Of a stretch of 64,000 nt of DNA, positions 48,125 to 61,412 are shown piece by piece; position 1 is the stretch's first letter, and each line of letters begins with the position of its first letter. The stretch lies in NCBI RefSeq assembly GCF_964213995.1, contig NC_135809.1, positions 134,106,001-134,170,000 of the forward strand. Reading direction: 5' to 3'. The notes under the pieces are model-generated. The model searched no databases. It saw only the letters and a program-made list of their open reading frames with translations, and was not told where the DNA came from. Both the position numbers and the translations under genes were made by a program. Origin of the DNA: Mustelus asterias (Eukaryota).

Positions 48125-49045
48125 ATATACAGCATGGAAACAGGCCCTTTAGCTCAACTCGTCCATGCCGACTAGGTTCCCTAAACTGAACTAGTCCCAT
48201 TTGCCTGTGTTTGGCCCATATCCCTCTAAACCTCCCCCATCCATGGACCTGTCCAAATGTTGTAAATGCTGTAATTGTACCCGCTTCTACCACCTCCTCT
48301 GGCAGCTCGTTCCATATACGCACCACCCTCTGTGTGGGAGAGTTGCCCCTCAGGTCTCAATTAAATCATTCCCCTCTCACTTTAAACCTATACCCTCAAG
48401 TTTTGGACTCCCCCACCCTGGGGAAAAGACCTTGGCTATTCACCTTATCTCTGTTCCTCATGATTTTATAAACCTCAATAAGGTCACCCCTCATCCTCCT
48501 ACGCTCCAAGGAAAAGAGGCCTATCCAGCCTCTCCTTATAATTCAAACCTTCAACTCCCAGTAGCATCCTTGTAAATCTTTTTTGCCCCCTTTCCAGTTT
48601 AATAACATCCTTCCTGTCGCAGGAATTGTATGCAGTACTCAAAATGTGACCTTACCAATGTCTTGTACGGTTGTAACATAACATCCCAACTCCTGTACTG
48701 AATGCTCTGGCTGATGAAGGCAAGTGTGCCAAACATCTTCTTCACCACCCTGTCTCCCTGTGATGCTACTTTCAAGAAAATATATATCTGCACCCAAGGT
48801 CTCCCTGTTCGACAACACTCCCCGGTGCCCTATCATTAACTGTGTAAGTCCTGCCCTGGTTTACCTTGCCAAAGTGCACCACCTTGCATTTATCTGAAGT
48901 AAACTCCATCTGCCATTCCTTGGCCACTGGCCCAGTTGATCAAGATCCTATTGTACTCTTAGATAACCTTTTTCACTCTCCACTGCAGCACCAATTTTGG
49001 TGTCATCTGCAAACTTATTAAAGTGCCTCCGATATTCACATCCAT
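48125..49045 (-). mobile_element. CR1 RT and 3' fragment, decayed
   Basis: KFADDTK on minus at ~49000, and WNELPEEVVEAGT. Confidence 0.88.
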
Positions 49046-49089
49046 GTAAATGAGAAACAGCACTGGGTCCACTGCGAGTAGCAGCATTT

Positions 49090-49530
49090 TGATTTGACTT
49101 GATTTGAATTATTGTTGTCGGGTGTATTGGTATGCAGTGAAAAGTATTGTTTCTTGCGCGCTATACAGACAAAGCATACCATTCATAGAGAAGAAAAGGA
49201 GAGAGTGCAGAATGTAGTGTTACAGTCATAGCTAGGGTGTAGAGAAAGATCAGCTTAATGCGAGGTAGGTCCATTCAAAAGTCTGATAGCAGCAGGGAAG
49301 ATGCTGTTCTTGAGTCATTTGGTATGTGACCTCAGACTTTTGTACCTTTTTCCCGATGGAAGAAGGTGGAAGAGAGAATGTCTGGGGTCCTTAATTATGC
49401 TGGCTGCTTTGCCGAGACAGTGGGAAATGTAGACAGATTCAATGGGTGGGAGGCTGGTTTCCGTGATGGATTGGGCTACATTCATGACCTTTTGTAGTTC
49501 CTTGCGGTCTTGGGTAGATGAGGAGCCTCA
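49090..49530 (-). mobile_element. Rex1/Babar LINE 3' fragment
   Basis: Reverse complement of 3400-3845. Confidence 0.85.
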
Positions 49531-49779
49531 TTCTATTGAGTCTGTGACGTTCAAAGCCACAGGCAGTGGAAGCCCTTCAAGTCCATGCAGCACCAACTCT
49601 TGGAGTGGGTGGCACAAATGAGCCAGACAAGGGGTGGCAGGGACCTCTGTCAGTTGGGATGGATGTGACTACAGTGGTTGTTGATGAAGCTGATGGTGCG
49701 CTTCCTGATGTTGCTGCTGGTCTGGCCGCTTCTACTGCTGCTCCTCATCCGAGGTCCAGGCTAAGGCCGTGCCGCAGGT

Positions 49780-50118
49780 TTATAATTCAGGTCAGAAACT
49801 CCAAAGTGTTTTATGAAGTCTACCTGGATCATAAGTTTTGCAATTTGAATTTGGCTAGTGTGAGCATGAGATGCTTCACTTCAGCTAAGATTCAAATGAC
49901 CGTCTAGGGAGTTTTTATCAAACAAAGTTTATTTAAGAATCTGGTTAACATGTATAGAAAGTAAATTAGCAAGAACTTTTACTAATTACAAACAAGAAAA
50001 AAAAACAACCATGAAATTGTATAAACCTTAACAAATATATGAAATGTTCCAACCAAACAAATGTACCAAACAAAACCCTAGCCACAGGTTTAGCACAGAA
50101 AATACACATTCTCACGTG
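49780..50118 (-). mobile_element. LTR-like repeat fragment
   Basis: Inverted homologue of 46670-47283. Confidence 0.65.
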
Positions 50119-50355
50119 ATAGAAACACAGAAACATAGAAGATAGGAGCAGGAGGAGGCCATTTGGCCCTTCGAGCCTGCTCTGCCATTCATCACGATCA
50201 TGGCTGATCATCCAACTCAATAGCCTAATCCTGCTTTCTCCCCATAACCTTTGATCCCATTCGCCCCAAGTGCTATATCCAGCTGCCTCTTGAATACATT
50301 CAATGTTTTGGTATCAACTACTTCCTGTGGTAATGAATTCCACAGGCTCACCACT
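50119..50355 (-). mobile_element. CR1 3' tail
   Basis: (catagaaa)n tail and 3' hairpin. Confidence 0.85.
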
Positions 50356-50747
50356 CCTTCTCCTTTCTTTTCTCAACGCGTTGTTTCCTTTCCACAGTTC
50401 TCCTGTAGTCCTTCATTCTGCGTTGATGCCAAGTTCCAGCTCACTTTTGTCACAATGTCCTCAGAGAACTAAGCAGGATCAGGACGATAAAACTTCTCAT
50501 GTGCAGTCAGGGCCATTCAGAAAGGTCATTTTATCTCTGTCCCCTTTCTTGTTCATTGGCCTTAGCTCTTCTGTCAAGTAATTTGACTCCTCTGTTTCCT
50601 CCGGATCTGCACCATCACTTCCTTCGCACTCTGGCAAAGATACACAGCAGATTATCTACCTTGGTGTCAGAACGCGTTGCGATTATGGCTTCAGAGATCG
50701 CTCTGGCAGTTAGGCTGATGTGAAAGCCATGGGAATTTCTTGAACAC

Positions 50748-51951
50748 AGTAAGAAGTTTAACAACACCAGGTTAAAGTCCAACAGGTTTATTTGGTAGCA
50801 AAAGCCACACAAGCTTTCGAGGCTCTGAGCCCCTTCTTCAGGTGAGTGGGAATTCTGTTCACAAACAGAACTTATAAGACACAGACTCAATTTACATGAA
50901 TAATGGTTGGAATGCGAATACTTACAACTAATCCAGTCTTTAAGAAACAAAACAATGGGAGTGGAGAGAGCATCAAGACAGGCTAAAAAGATGTGTATTG
51001 TCTCCAGACAAGACAGCCAGTGAAACTCTGCAGGTCCACGCAACTGTGGGAGTTACAAATAGTGTGACATAAATTCTGATTCTAGGATCGCATGATAAAG
51101 ACTCAGGAGGAAAAAAGCAGAAATATTTATGTGAAATAGTGTGACATAAACCCAATATCCCGGTTGAGGCCGTCCTTGTGTGTGCGGAACCTGGCTATCA
51201 GTTTCTGCTCCGCGACTCTGCGCTGTCGTGTGTCGCGAAGGCCGCCTTGGAGAACGCTTACCCGAATATCAGAGGCCGAATGCCCGTGACCGCTGAAGTG
51301 CTCCCCAACAGGAAGAGAACAGTCTTGCCTGGTGATTGTCGAGCGGTGTTCATTCATCCGTTGTCGCAGCGTCTGCATAGTTTCCCCAATGTACCATGCC
51401 TCGGGACATCCTTTCTTGCAGCGTATCAGGTAGACAATGTTGGCCGAGTTGCAAGAGTATGTACCGTGTACCTGGTGGATGGTGTTCTCACGTGAGATGA
51501 TGGCATCTGTGTCGATGATCCGGCACGTCTTGCAGAGGTTGCTGTGGCAGGGTTGTGTGGTGTCTTGGTCACTGTTCTCCTGAAGGCTGGGTAGTTTGCT
51601 GCGGACAATGGTCTGTTTGAGGTTGTGCGGTTGTTTGAAGGCAAGAAGTGGGGGTGTGGGGATGGCCTTGGCGAGATGTTCGTCTTCATCAATGACATGT
51701 TGAAGGCTCCGGAGGAGATGCCGTAGCTTCTCCGCTCCGGGGAAGTACTGGACAACGAAGGGTACTCTGTCCACTGTGTCCCGTGTTTGTCTTCTGAGGA
51801 GGTCGGTGCGGTTTTTCGCTGTGGCGCGTTGGAACTGTTGATCAATGAGTCGAGCGCCATATCCTGTTCTTATGAGGGCATCTTTCAGCGTCTGGAGGTG
51901 TCTGTTGCGATCCTCCTCATCCGAGCAGATCCTGTGTATACGGAGGGCTTG
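50748..51951 (-). mobile_element. Young 5'-truncated Penelope-like element: RT thumb/linker, GIY-YIG endonuclease and pseudo-LTR
   Basis: ORF 51127..51774 has Cys/His linker PCHSNLCKTC, IVYLIRC..WYIGET, RMNEH and GLN. 10 bp TSD tcttgaacac at 50738-50747 and 51952-51961. Confidence 0.95.
50805..50849 (-). ncRNA. Minimal type I hammerhead ribozyme motif, variant stem II
   Basis: Minus strand reads cac-CTGAAGA-a-ggggct caga gcctc-GAAA-GC-TT-gtg. Confidence 0.72.
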
Positions 51952-52067
51952 TCTTGAACACCAGCTGTGTACAGAATGGTTTCACTGGGTATCCACATCT
52001 GTGCAAACTGTACAGATTCCTTATGCTTATTCCTTATTCCTTTCAAATGATGGTGCAGTTTTTTGAC

Positions 52068-52420
52068 TAGATTTGATTTATTATTGTCACATGTGTTAAC
52101 ATACAGTAAAAGTTTCTTGTGTGCTATACAGACAAAGCATACTGTTCAAAGTGAAGGAAAGAAGAGAGTGCAGAATGTAGTGTTACAGTCATAGCTAGGC
52201 TGTAGAGAAAGATCAACTTAATGTGAGGTAGGTCTATTCAGAAGTCAGCAGGGAAGAAGCTGTTTTTGAGTCTGTTGGTATGTGATTTCAGACATTCATA
52301 TCTTTTTCCCGACAGAAGTAGGTGGAAGAGAGAATGTCTGGGGTGCATGGGGTCCTTAATTATGCTGACTGCTTTTCTGAGGCAACAGGACGTGTAGACA
52401 GAGTCAATGGATGGAAGGCT
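52068..52420 (-). mobile_element. Rex1/Babar LINE 3' fragment
   Basis: SLPSIDSVYT..RLKNSFFPA. Confidence 0.85.
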
Positions 52421-52529
52421 TTTTAGCAAACCGTCTCATTGTACATTATTGTGCTTTCCTTTGATGGTCAGTAACACAATACCTCTGTTCATTAATCTCT
52501 TTTTTGAAACCACACATGACTGTTGATTC

Positions 52530-53350
52530 ACCTACTTTTTTCTTTCTGCATCGATGATGAGCTGTTTTTGGCAGTCCTGCAATTCATGCTCAGGCAATTT
52601 TAACAACTCAGGTACAGGTTCCAAAACAGTCAACTTGTCTGGTATCTGTCTCCATACCTGCTCACTTTCTTTGTTCACATTATTGTCCAGTAACGGGTTC
52701 ACCTTCTCCACCTTCACCAGTTTTACATGATTGACTGAGATTTTTAGCTGCTGCATCTCAGACCGAATAAACATCAGCTTCTCCTTCTGAACCTGTGCCA
52801 ACTTGAGAGAATTAGATCTGCGGGCATGTTGTTTAATTGGAACAGCATTTCTGACCACTACCTCATTCACAATTATCTTAGTACTTCTCATATATCTCAC
52901 ATATCTCTCCATGTAACTTTAATAACTCTTCCAGGTCATTTTGATTTTTCTCTGAATAATTTATTCCAATTTCTGATCACTTTCTCATTATCCAATTTAA
53001 TTTGAGGAATGTCAAATTCAGAATCATCTGGATTCAGTTCTTCACTCTGAGTTATAACCACGAAAACATCCTCCTTCTGCTTTCCTTCCCTATCAAAAAA
53101 CCATTTGAGCATATTCGCATTGACACATTCTGTGAGTTTTCCTTCTATCTGGCATTCTAATCAAATAATTCACCTCACTCAATTTCCTTTCAATTTGATA
53201 AGGCTCACAAAACATTGCTTTTAAGGGTCACCTACCACTGGTAGTAATACTCAGACTTTATCCCCACCAGCAAAACTACAATTTTTTTATTTCTTATCTA
53301 CTTCCTGTTTCATCACATGTTGTGCCACTTTTAGATGTTGTCTAGCCAAC
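52530..53350 (-). mobile_element. Decayed Gypsy pol relic with integrase upstream of RT (Gmr1-like)
   Basis: Minus translation LARQHLKVAQHVMKQ..GDKV.VLLPVVG..PYQIERKLSEVNYLI..PDRRK..NMLK (integrase C-terminus), followed by NAVPIKQH..LKLAQVQKE (RT start). Confidence 0.72.
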
Positions 53351-54394
53351 AGTGTGTAACCAGAACTGCATGCAAATGTGGCCTAACTGAAGTTTATGCA
53401 GGGTGTTGGGGGGACCTCCATAGCTCAAAGATTGCCTGACAAAAGGGCACTCCAGTGTTCACCAGGCGGCTTCCCTATGACGTGGAAGCAACACACCAGT
53501 AGTAAAATGTCAATGAAGAGGGAAGAGGTCCTTAATTGGTCACTTAAGTGCCTCAATTTGTTGCTGGGTGGTGGGCTCTCTGCCATCTTTCCGTCTGGTG
53601 AGATAACATAGCAATAGGCATCAACTCTACCCGCTGCCCATCCACTTTCGCTCATCATTCCATGCCCCCCACTCACAATCTCCAACTCCCAGGCCATTAT
53701 GAGAAGGCTGGTAAACCTCAGATCATTGAGTGAATGCAATAAAATTAGGACAACCTTTGGTATAAATATTGCCAAACTCTTGTCGCCTGTTCTGACAATT
53801 TAACTTTGCAGTTTCACAATGTGGAAATAACTTTTGAGTTTCACCAACTCTATTAAGCAATGATGAAAGCGATCAGCAATGATAGACTCTCGAGAGCTGG
53901 ATGAGTGGAAATATTGTAAAAATAATGCATTCTTCTCAATAAAGTTTTATGTGGGAATTGATTAGGCAATGTTATTTCTTTGATTTATTGAGAGCCATTG
54001 ATTTCACATTCAGCTAGAAATTTATTAAAAATTGATCATTTGCAAGATGTGATTTTTCACTAAAATGATTATAAGTAATAAGGTAGATCTTCTCCAGCAG
54101 TTTCAGCAACATGATTTCTTGTAACAAAAAAAGGAAATATCGAGACATTGAAAATTCACGACACAGGGAAGGTGCTTCCACGCATTTGTTTCCGTGTTGG
54201 GCAAATGGGTTATCCAATCCAATCTCACTTTTTAGCTCCGGGTTTGTCACTCTGTAGGTTACAGGAGTTCAAGTGTATTTCTAACTACTTTTTAAAATGT
54301 TATGAAGTTTAGCCTGAACCATCTTTTCATAAGTGAGCACCAGACGTCTGCCGTGTTAGTGAAAAGATTTGATATCTGATTATTTATCAAGTTT

Positions 54395-54952
54395 TTAAAG
54401 TTTATTTATTAATGTCACAGAGTTGAGGAGGAACTTCTTCTCCCAGAGGGTGGTGAATCTCTGGAATTCTCTGCCCACTGAGGTGGTGGAGGCTACCTCG
54501 CTGAATATGTTTAAAGCGCGGATGGATGGATTCCTGATCGGTAAGGGAATTAAGGGTTATGGGGATCAGGCGGGTAAGTGGTACTGATCCACGTCAGATC
54601 AGCCATGATCTTATTGAATGGCGGGGCAGGCTCGAGGGGCTAGATGGCCTACTCCTGCTCCTATTTCTTATGTTCTAAGTGGGCTGACATTGACACCGCA
54701 ATGAAGTTATTGTGAAAATCCCCTAGTCGCCACACTCTGGCGCCTGTTTGGGTGCACTGATGGAGAATTTAGCATGGCCAATGCATCTAACCAGCACATC
54801 TTTCTGATTGTGGGAGGAAACCGGAGCACCCGGAGAAAACCCACGCAGACACGGGGAGAATGTGCAGACTCCGCACAGTCAGTGACCCAAGCCAAGTATC
54901 GAACCCGGGTCCTTGGCTGTGAGGCAGCAGCGCTAACCACTGTGCCACCGTG
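54395..54952 (-). mobile_element. HE1/V-type SINE, tail b, split by a CR1
   Basis: Tail end at 54395-54419, body at 54677-54952. Confidence 0.88.
54420..54676 (+). mobile_element. Young CR1 3' end, nearly identical to the reverse complement of 7875-8131
   Basis: Direct comparison by eye. Confidence 0.93.
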
Positions 54953-55249
54953 TGACTGGGTAAAAATGTTGTGGGTACATTTATTAAGTCGAGGCATACG
55001 AGTGTTCTTATATCTATGTATGAAGTTTGAAGACATCAGAACTGTGTGCGTGTGTGTACTTTGCTCAAAGCAAAAGTAAACTAAGACTGGATCATAGGAT
55101 ACATTTCCCTTCCAGTGATGTCATGCTACTATCATGGGTAGACGAATTGCAACATCCCCCTTTTTTTAAGATACTTTGCCCCTTCCAAATATGTATTATA
55201 ATTTACAATCCATGTTCCTGTTTAGTTATCATTACATAAGTGCATTGAA

Positions 55250-56300
55250 CCGATGAACCTACAAGTCTCTAAAGTGTAAGGGTAACCTGCTGGTATGTCC
55301 AGGACTTGTGACGGTAACCTTGCCTGGATGCATCTTTAATTGCTCACATTGATCTGTGTGATTGTTATTCGAGGATATTCTTCTTGATTGCATTTGGGAT
55401 CTTATCCTAAATACAATAGGACTGTAGGGTGGTGGATCGTAGTTATGACTCACCATTGTGCCTCTGTGTGCAATGACTTCATTGGACCTTGGTTCTGAAC
55501 ACCTGCTTATTATCCCAGGTGTTGCCATGTACCTTCAGTGACATCCGGGCTGCGAACTTATTGACCCAACTGTAAACTTAGTAATTCTGTCCCCACATTT
55601 TTATCGTGCATGTTGGTCACCTGCAAATCTTAGATTTAACTCTCCTAATGTGGATATTTTGTAAGGACATTATTTCCAAGCTGCATTTAAACATCATGGA
55701 TTGTGGTATATGTTCAATGATGCATCCTTTCTTTATGACACAAGAGTTTGATCTTCACCAATCTGTGCACTCTTGCACTCTTCTAATGATTCCATATCTC
55801 TCCATTTCATCTTGGTTGACTTTCAATTGTCTCGTGTATGGATACTGCACTCATGTAGTGGATCAATTGATGGACTTGCATTCTCCTGCAAGTGTCATGC
55901 TGCAGCTCCCTTGAAACTGCCAATTCTGTCCAAGCATTCTGAATATTTTGATGTTGGGTCAGGAACTGAGGTGAAAGGAGTAGTTTCTGATGTTGATTTG
56001 CCTTGTGCTGTCTGACTGATCCTGTGGATTGTTACTAGTGTCAGGTCACTTCATGCCCGCAATCACTGGGCTTTTAGTTTCCATGATGTAGGACACCTGT
56101 GGCACAGAGGGGAATTGACTGTATTTGCAATCTGGGACTCTGGATCCTGCACACGGGGTTAATGAATCATTGTACACTGAATGTTTCACAGTATAAGTTT
56201 CACCATGGCCTTCCACACCCGTAGATACATGTTTTTTAGAATTTGCAGGAGAGGTATGTTGGTACTCACCCCTGTATCAATCTTGGTCAATATTTCTTAG
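55250..56300 (-). mobile_element. Decayed Gypsy internal relic: protease, RT start and integrase tail
   Basis: Minus translation KIDTGVSTNI (aspartic protease), DEMERYGIIRRV..DW..CVIKK..LNAA..CPYKISTLGELN (RT) and CSEPRS. Confidence 0.75.
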
Positions 56301-56465
56301 AATGGGATCTTTTATATCCACCAGATAGAGCCTCGGTTTAATGTCTTATTTGAAAGACGGCACCTCCAACAGAGCAGCACGCCCTCAGGGCTACCGTTCT
56401 GGAATGTCAGCCTTGTGCCCAAGCCCCGGGAATCTTGGGATTCAGAGGAGAACATGCTACCGATT
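56283..56465 (-). mobile_element. Deu-domain SINE fragment
   Basis: Minus strand reads ctgagggcgtgctgc..ggaggtgccgtctttc..ttaaaccgaggc..ggtggatataaaagatcccat. Confidence 0.72.
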
Positions 56466-56852
56466 TCGGAGATAAGATTCAGGACTTTGTACTTCGGCAA
56501 AGGAACGATTCAATTTAGTAAAATTATTCAATTTTTCTTGGAAATTATTACTCAAACCATCACAAATTATTGCCAGAATGAGAAACAAATCACAGGAGGG
56601 GTGGATTTCAGATTGGAGTGGGGATCATTGTCTGTCAACCTGCTCATTTCGGAGATTGTGTTGGCACTCCCCAATATTTCCCATCCGACTGGACAGAAAA
56701 TCACTGCCAACAAACACATAATCTTCTGGTATGTGCGTCCAGTGTGGAAAATAGATTAGAAATCTCACCTTAGTATCTTGTCATTACAGAACTTTCATCT
56801 ATTGTGCTTGCACCCAATGTAGATGCTATAATTTTATAAGCTGTCACCCTTT

Positions 56853-57120
56853 GCACTGCTGCCTCACAGCGCCAGGGACCCGGGTTCGATTCCCGGCTTG
56901 GGTCACTGTCTGTGTGGATTTTGCACATTCTCCCCGTGTCTACGTGGGTTTCCTCCAGGTGCTCCGGTTTCCTCCCACATTCTGAAGGACGTGCTGGTTA
57001 GGGTGCATTGACCCGAACAGACGTCGGACTGTGGCGACTCGGGGAATTTCACAGTAACTTCATTGCAGTGTTAATGTCAGCCTTACTTGTGACTAATAAA
57101 TAAACTTTAACTTTACTTTT
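56853..57120 (+). mobile_element. HE1/V-type SINE, tail b
   Basis: B box, V core and tail gtgactaataaataaacttt. Confidence 0.9.
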
Positions 57121-57154
57121 AGTTGTTGGTGAATTGCATGTTATGGAGGTCTGT

Positions 57155-57402
57155 TTGATTTGATTTGATTTATTATTGTCACATGTATTGGTAAACAGTG
57201 AAAAGTATTGTTTCTTGTGCGCTATACAGACAAAGCATACCGTTCATAGAGAAGGAAACGAGAGAGTGCAGAATGTAGTGTTACAGTCATAGCTAGGGTG
57301 TAGAGAAAGATCAACTTAATGCGAGGTAGGTCCATTCAAGGAAGAAGCTGTTCTTGAGTCGGTTGGTATCTGACCTCAGACTTTTGTATCTTTTTCCCGA
57401 TG
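57155..57402 (-). mobile_element. Rex1/Babar LINE 3' end
   Basis: (atttg)n tail and PSGKRYKSLRS. Confidence 0.85.
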
Positions 57403-57507
57403 GAGTAGTTTCTATTGCACAGTGGATAGCGTCCCTGCCTCTGTGCCAGAAGCTATGGGTGCGAGTCCCACCCCAGGACCTGATGGCCAAGGAAAGTATG
57501 TTCATAA

Positions 57508-57818
57508 AGTTTTTAAAGTTTAAAGTTTATTTATTAGTCACAAGTAGGCTTACATTAACACTGCAATGCAGTTACTGTGAAAATCTCCTAGTTGCCACAC
57601 TCCAGCGCCTATTCGGGTGCACTGAGGGAGAATTTAGCATGGCCAAACCCAACACATCTTTCAGAATGTGTGAGGAAACCAGACCAACCGGAGGAAACCC
57701 ATGCAGACACGGGGAGAATGTGCAGACTCTGCACAGACAGTGACCTAAGCTGGGAATCGTATCCGGGTCCCTGGTGTTGTGAGACAGCAGTGCTAACCAC
57801 TGTGCCACCGTGCCACCC
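57508..57818 (-). mobile_element. HE1/V-type SINE, tail b
   Basis: Full head to tail. Confidence 0.9.
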
Positions 57819-58864
57819 TAAAACTTTCATGGTAGGTTCTTAATTTCAGATATTTTTTATTGAATTCAAATTCCACAATCTGCCGTGGTGGGATTTGAAC
57901 TCAGGTTCCCAGAACATTTCACATCATAATATGGCCAAAGAGGTTGAGTGTGTCAACCTGTAAATCCCTCCAAACATGCCAGTGGTTGGTGGTAAGAGCG
58001 GGGGAGACACCTGGTCAGCCACACTTGGTGTGGGGTGACACCCCTCAAGTTATAATCCCCTGGCAACAGACCAGTGACCTGTTCCAGGAATTATTAGCTA
58101 TGGAAGTAAACAAAAGCCTGCCTTAGTGCACCACTAGTTGCGGGAAGAGAATTGGAATTGGATTGGAATGCATAGTACACTGACAGTTTCAGCGACACAA
58201 AAATAATCTACTGTTTAATCCATGAAAGCCTAGAAAACATATTACAAGACAATGGAAATCTGATATTTTTGAGTTGAGTTTGTGCTGTACAATGTTAATA
58301 ATGAACTTGTGAGAATGCTTTTCCTTTTTATCTGTTAAACCAGACACTGCGGTGACTGACATAGAAATATCTACGTTACAAACATCGCTCGATGTGATTT
58401 TAACTGATTAGTTCATTTCTTTATATAGAAATTGCTGTCAATCAGAGGCCACATTACACTTCATCTTTTTATTACGGGACATGCAATTGATTTTTTTCTT
58501 CCTCCAGTGGATATCAAATGAAAATTCAATACAGTATATGCTGACTGGCGAGGATTTGAAACACTTATCTACACTGGATCATGTAAAGGTGGGCACTGTG
58601 CTCGGCATGCCACCCCTGCCAATTAAAATCAGTCTCCAGGTAGTCCAAGGTTATTTTCACAAGGCATTGGTACTTTGCTGAATAAGGTTCATTGCCAAAT
58701 TGGCCTGTAAGTGTTCACACAGCAGCAATCCAGAAGGAATCATTCCCTCAGCATTGTTCCTGGTGCCGATAATTACCATGTGCACCAAACCCTGGCAGCA
58801 CCTGTTCATTCCGATACAAACAGCACACAAACTGTGTACTGTCTGCTCATTGACATGCTTACAG

Positions 58865-59095
58865 CATGCAGCCTGAATGATTGCAGCCCCATCAACACTC
58901 AGGAAGTTTAACACCACACAGAACAAAGCAGCCCACTTGATCCGCACCCCATCCACAAGCATTCACTCCTCCCACCACCGGCAAACAGTGGCAGCCGCGT
59001 GTCCCATCTTCAAGATGCACTGCAGGAACTCGTCAAGGTTCCTTAAACATGACATTCCAAATCCACTACCACCACCATCTAGAAGGATGAGCAAG
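58865..59095 (+). mobile_element. CR1/L2-group LINE fragment, family of 47470-48115
   Basis: AAPSTLRKFNTTQNKAAHLI. Confidence 0.75.
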
Positions 59096-59729
59096 TGACA
59101 ACACTGTGCCTCTAAGAAGTGTATTTGCGTCATTTTTCTTATGAAGGGACTCTTGTGTACATGATTTTCCACTCACAAAGCCATGCTGACTGTCCCTCTC
59201 TCTCTCTGGAAATTGGAGCCTGGGACCTGCTAGAAAATAAGTATCTCTTTCCAGAGGCCTGCAAGAGGCAAGATGTGTTTTCTCCCTCTTTCTCTTTCTC
59301 TGGAGTTCTGCTGTGCGAAGACAGGTCTTTCTCTGGAAGATGCTGTGTGAGAATCAGAGGACGGGTGTCTCTCAGAATCTCTGTCCAGAGGTGGTAAAAG
59401 ACTGGGAGACTGGCAACCCACATAAGCCTGTGTGATTTGCAAACTGTATACTTTAACTCCGAATATGGTGCTAATTGTCTTCGACTGGCAGCCCACATGC
59501 TGAACATACAGGGCAATAATTGATCCTAGCTATTGGGGTGTTTGTTTTAATCTGAACTAATGCAGTTTAGATTTTTTGGGATTGTACCCTGGGGTTTCGG
59601 AGTGGAGTTTAATTAGGTTGATTGCCATGCGTGAAACATGTGAATGGGCAGTGTTAGGCTGACAGAGAGACAAACAGGCCATTGCTGTTTGAATTTGTAC
59701 AGAGCAGGAGCTCTTTCTCTCCCACTTTG

Positions 59730-60236
59730 TAAGAACTTAAGAACATAAGAACTAGGAGCAGGAGTTGGCCATCTGGCCCCTTGAGCCTGCTCCGCCATTC
59801 AATAAGATCATGGCTGATCTTTTCTTGGACTCAGCTCCACTTATCCGCTCACTCACCATAGCGCTTAATTCCTTTATTGTTCAAAAATTTATCTATCCTT
59901 GCCTTAAAAACAATCAATGAGGTAGCCTCAGCTGCTTCACTGAGCAGGGAATGCCACAGATTCACAACCCTTTGTGTGAAGAAGTTCCTCCTCAACTCAG
60001 TCCTAAATCTGCTCCCTCTTATTTTGAGGCCATGCCCCCTAGTTCTAGTTTCACTTGCCAGTGAAAACAATTTCCCTGCTTCTCTCTTATCTATTCCCTT
60101 CATAATCATATATGTTTCTATAAGATCTCCCCTCATTCTTCTGAATTCCAATGAGTATAGCCCCAATCTACTCAGTCTCTCCTCATAAGCCAACCCTCTC
60201 AATTCCGGAATCAACCGAGTGAATCTCCTCTGCACC
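59730..60236 (-). mobile_element. CR1 3' end
   Basis: EVQRRFTRLIPELRGLAYEERL and a (cataagaa)n tail. Confidence 0.92.
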
Positions 60237-61412
60237 TCATCCAGTGGCAGTGTAGGGTGCAGAGGAGATTCACTGGGTTGATTCCTAATTTGTGGCACTT
60301 GTTGGGAGCTGGGACTTTGTGGGAAGTGGAATGTTTGATTTCACACGTCATCAGTGGAGGAGAAACTGATTCTCTGGAATCACCTTGCCTAAAGCACCCT
60401 CAGCTCAAAGCAATAAGTAGAATGAATTTGAGATTTTTTTTTAAATGATAGAATTTCAGCAAAACAAAAGTGCAAGTTTGACTGGAGGTCAGAGGAAGCT
60501 TAAACCCTTCAGAGACTGGGTCAAACTAAATACATCAGTGTGGAAACGGGAATGATGGTTAATTGTGCCAAGACCATAGATCAGTTTTGAAATGCACTAA
60601 AGCAGCTGAAAGAACCAAAGAACAGTTATAAAATATGCGCAGATCTTGGCTGGAAATCAAACAAAAATTGGCTTCGCTGAGATGTAAGAGAACTTAAAAC
60701 TGATTTGACAGGCAATGAAAAAAGATGGATTTTCACTGAAAATTACTGGACTTACTTAGTTTGGTTCCAGCTCAAGTGTCGATTTTGACCCTTAATGGTG
60801 ATTAATGCCTCAATAAATACGTTATTCCGTGCAGGTGACAGGGATTTATAATCTCTTTCATTATTCTGTTTCTTAACGCACATTATCCCGATTGTTAGTG
60901 ACAAAAACTGAGGCAAAGGGAACCCACTTACAATCTGTTTATGAAAAATCATTCGCAGGTCTGTATAACTTTAATAGTCAGTGGATAATGAGCTGTCCTC
61001 AGATTAGGAATAGTATTTTAACCCCAAAGGATGGAAGAGTTTGAGCTGAATTGGTTCCAGATAGTGCAGGTGGATCAATCGGCATGGAAGTTCTATTGAT
61101 AGGCATAGGAAGCGTGAGGGGACCTGGGCTGGTTGGTGGGGGCAAAGACTGGCATTGGGGCATGCGGATAACTTTTTGACCTTCCCTTTTCAGGAGTCCC
61201 TCGTGTACTCGAGGGATCACGATTCCTCTGTGGAATCCACGAACCACGACTCTTTACAAATCTGGCATGATTCCATGAAAATTTGTGAAGAGTAGGAGAT
61301 GCCTATCTCCAGCCATGGAGCCAGCCAGGTCGGGAGCGCCTGGTGAGGACTTTAAACAGTAAAAAGCCTGCACCATTTAAAGGTCCATCTGGAAATGGGC
61401 TGGAAATTTTCT

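Noticed and set aside
52532-52912. 126 aa coiled-coil-like host ORF
   Set aside because: Its N-terminal part is Gypsy RT start sequence within a decayed retroelement.
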